DNA of 25,644 nucleotides from a virus (Duplodnaviria; Caudoviricetes), in IMG/VR virus record IMGVR_UViG_3300011443_000050, positions 1 to 25,644 of that record; one strand, given 5' to 3'. Position 1 is the first letter of the stretch. Each line of letters begins with the position of its first letter. The notes beneath the pieces were generated by a model. The model was not told the DNA's origin. It made no database searches and saw only the letters and a list, made by a program, of their open reading frames with translations. A program made the translations under genes and the position numbers. Positions 23,534 through 25,644 of this stretch are shown here, piece by piece.

Positions 23534-23840
23534 TCCCGACCGCGCGTGGATTGAGTCACGCATCCAGAGGAGGCTGATCCAGTTCGCGGGCATGCTGGGG
23601 ATCAAGCTGATCCCGGTGGCCGATCGCGGGCGGCGCGGCTTCCCGGATCTCCTCGGGTTCGTCCGCACCCGCACCGGCACCAAGGGCTTCCTGATCGAAC
23701 TGAAGACGGTGGGCGGGCGGGTGTCGCCGATACAGCGCATCTATCACCGCGAGCTATCGCCATACATCGAGGTTATCGTCGCCTACGGCTACCGGGAGGC
23801 GGTCGAAGTGATCCGCAAGATTCGCGAGGAAAATGCATGA
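23433..23840 (+). CDS. VRR-NUC domain nuclease (start uncertain)
   Basis: E..IQ, RGFPDL, IELK..GGR.SP.Q...H motifs. Confidence 0.8.
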   Translation: MNSSTTPYIRLVPEPTAGGAIKPKARAAAAPSDDPDRAWIESRIQRRLIQFAGMLGIKLIPVADRGRRGFPDLLGFVRTRTGTKGFLIELKTVGGRVSPIQRIYHRELSPYIEVIVAYGYREAVEVIRKIREENA

Positions 23841-25240
23841 AGTGGAATCCGAAGCCGTACCACGTCGAGGGCGTGAAGTTCGTGCTGCAGAACGCGCACG
23901 CCGGTCTGTTCTGGTCGCCGGGCTGCGGCAAGACGTCGGTGGTGCTGGCGAACATCGCCGCGCTCAAGATGCGCGGCATGTTCAAGCGCGCGATCGTCGT
24001 CGCCCCGCGGCGCCCGGCCAAGCTGGTGTGGCCGAAGGAACGCGACAAGTGGGACGAGTTCCACGGGCTGACCATCGACGTGCTGCAGGGCACGCCGGCC
24101 AAGCGGCAGGCGATCCTCGACAACACCACCGCCGACATCTGCGTGATCACGCCCGACCTGCTGGGCTGGCTGGTGGAGGACGGCCGGCTGCAGAAGCTCA
24201 ACGCCGACATGCTGGTGGTGGATGAGTCGAGCTACTTCCGCACCCACAGCAGCAAGCGGTTCAAGATCATCCGCGAGTACCTGCACCTGTTCCGCCGCCG
24301 CATCATCCTCACCGCGACGCCGGCACCGAAGAGCTACGAGAACCTGTGGTCGCAGGCGTACATCCTCGACATGGGCGGAGCACTCAGCCGCTACATCACG
24401 CACTACCGGCGCATGTACTTCGTCGATGTCGCGAGGGTCGGCGCGTCGTACAGCGAGTGGGCGATTCGCAAGGGCGCCGACCTGCAGATCAACGAGAAGC
24501 TCCGGCCGCTGGTGCTGCGCGAGGACGCCGTCGATCACATGGACATGCCGAAGCTGTTCCGCAACGTGATCCCGGTGGAACTCGACGACGAAGCGCGCGA
24601 GATCTACGACGAGTTGGAGAAGAAGTTCTGCGTCGAGATCAACAACAAGGAGATCTCCGCCATCACCGCGGCGGTGCTCTCCGGCAAGCTGCGACAGGCG
24701 GCCAACGGCTTCCTGTACGACCACAACCACGTTCCCGAGATCATCCACAACGCGAAGCTGGAGGCGCTGCAGGATCTCATCGACGACCTGCAGGGTGCTC
24801 CGGTGCTGGTGCTGTACGAGTTCATCGCCGATCGCGACCGGCTGAAGGAGACTTTCCCGCAGGCCAAGGATCTCGGCGCCGGGATCAGCGACGCCGCGGC
24901 CGATGCGCTGTGCGACGAGTTCAACTCCGGCACGCTGCCGATCCTGCTCGCCCACCCGGCGAGCGCAGGACATGGCCTCAACCTGCAGGGACAGGCGCAG
25001 CACATCGTGTGGTTTGGCCCCAACTGGAATCTGGAATTCGACGAGCAGGCGACGGCGCGCGTGTGGCGGCACGGCAACCCGCACGATCGCGTGTTCGTCC
25101 ACACCATCGTCGTCAACGACAGCATCGAGCAGGACGTCGCTGATGTTCTGGCGAGCAAGGACCGCACGCAGAAGGCACTCCTCAATGCGCTGAAACGTCA
25201 ACCACTAGATGTGGTAGTCGCCGAGGCTGTCCAACCATAG
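23837..25240 (+). CDS. SNF2-family (SF2) helicase
   Basis: PGCGKT, VVDESS, LTATP, HPASAGHGLNLQ and Q..ARVWR.G motifs. Confidence 0.92.
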   Translation: MKWNPKPYHVEGVKFVLQNAHAGLFWSPGCGKTSVVLANIAALKMRGMFKRAIVVAPRRPAKLVWPKERDKWDEFHGLTIDVLQGTPAKRQAILDNTTADICVITPDLLGWLVEDGRLQKLNADMLVVDESSYFRTHSSKRFKIIREYLHLFRRRIILTATPAPKSYENLWSQAYILDMGGALSRYITHYRRMYFVDVARVGASYSEWAIRKGADLQINEKLRPLVLREDAVDHMDMPKLFRNVIPVELDDEAREIYDELEKKFCVEINNKEISAITAAVLSGKLRQAANGFLYDHNHVPEIIHNAKLEALQDLIDDLQGAPVLVLYEFIADRDRLKETFPQAKDLGAGISDAAADALCDEFNSGTLPILLAHPASAGHGLNLQGQAQHIVWFGPNWNLEFDEQATARVWRHGNPHDRVFVHTIVVNDSIEQDVADVLASKDRTQKALLNALKRQPLDVVVAEAVQP

Positions 25241-25280
25241 ACCCTTGACGTCGCGCAGCCCCGCACATGAAAGTGAATCG

Positions 25281-25644
25281 ATGCCCACCCAAAACAACAT
25301 GGACGCGGATCTGGCCCGCAGTGGCCTCGCCGCGTCGGATATGGACGCCGTAGCCGACCCACCGGGTTTCGGCGCCGACTCACCCAGCTACACCTTCCCG
25401 TACTACCTGCCCGACGGCAGCCGCCACCCGCGGGTATGGCGCAAGCGGCTGTATAACCCTGCGCCGGGCAAGGGCAAGTACGCCGGGCCGAAGAAGTCCG
25501 ACCTGATCGCCGCGGGCGGCACGCCCGACGAGTCCGTCTACCCGTACTTCAACCCGTACGCGCTGGCCGCCCTCCAGCCGGGGCTGTCGTGGGAGGGCTG
25601 GGGCACCATAAGCGGCAAGAAGGTGACGCTGGTCGAGGGGGAGA
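25281..25644 (+). CDS. Toprim (DUF3854-like) primase, N-terminal part, runs off the window
   Basis: Open frame MPTQNN..DLARSGL...FPYY..DG.....RKRL...GKY...PYF...VTLVEGE; EGE is the Toprim motif. Follows the helicase gene. Confidence 0.7.
   Translation, partial: MPTQNNMDADLARSGLAASDMDAVADPPGFGADSPSYTFPYYLPDGSRHPRVWRKRLYNPAPGKGKYAGPKKSDLIAAGGTPDESVYPYFNPYALAALQPGLSWEGWGTISGKKVTLVEGE

Noticed and set aside
21325-25201. Alternate-frame ORFs over polymerase and helicase (21325-22461, upstream part of 21552-22838, 23789-25201)
   Set aside because: These are shadow frames caused by high GC. Only 22557-22838 has proper stop/start coupling.
1-25644. tRNA, rRNA, integrase or repressor genes
   Set aside because: I recognised no cloverleaf, rRNA-like sequence, recombinase or CI-type motif.

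Overview
This is a GC-rich tailed-phage (Caudoviricetes, podovirus-like) genome segment with two divergent arms. The minus-strand arm (1-12137) encodes morphogenesis: a putative small terminase, large terminase, portal, scaffold, major capsid, likely decoration and head-tail proteins, with two inserted HNH-type endonuclease genes. The plus-strand arm (13145-end) carries many small early genes, then a replication block: SSB-like protein, family-A DNA polymerase, Cas4-like PD-(D/E)XK nuclease, VRR-NUC, SNF2-type helicase and the start of a Toprim primase. The most unusual part is 12280-16010. Two 20-bp-period arrays of the palindrome TGACG-N5-CGTCA and three inverted-repeat pairs bracket an iteron/AT-rich origin candidate and an early gene cluster. 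Most genes in that cluster are preceded by a covarying hairpin element. Other signals are a repeated TTGTTGCWTAA promoter box, strong restriction-site avoidance, recoded patches in conserved genes, and an HNH nuclease with reversed module order. All calls come from manual reading and motif recognition; no database searches were run.
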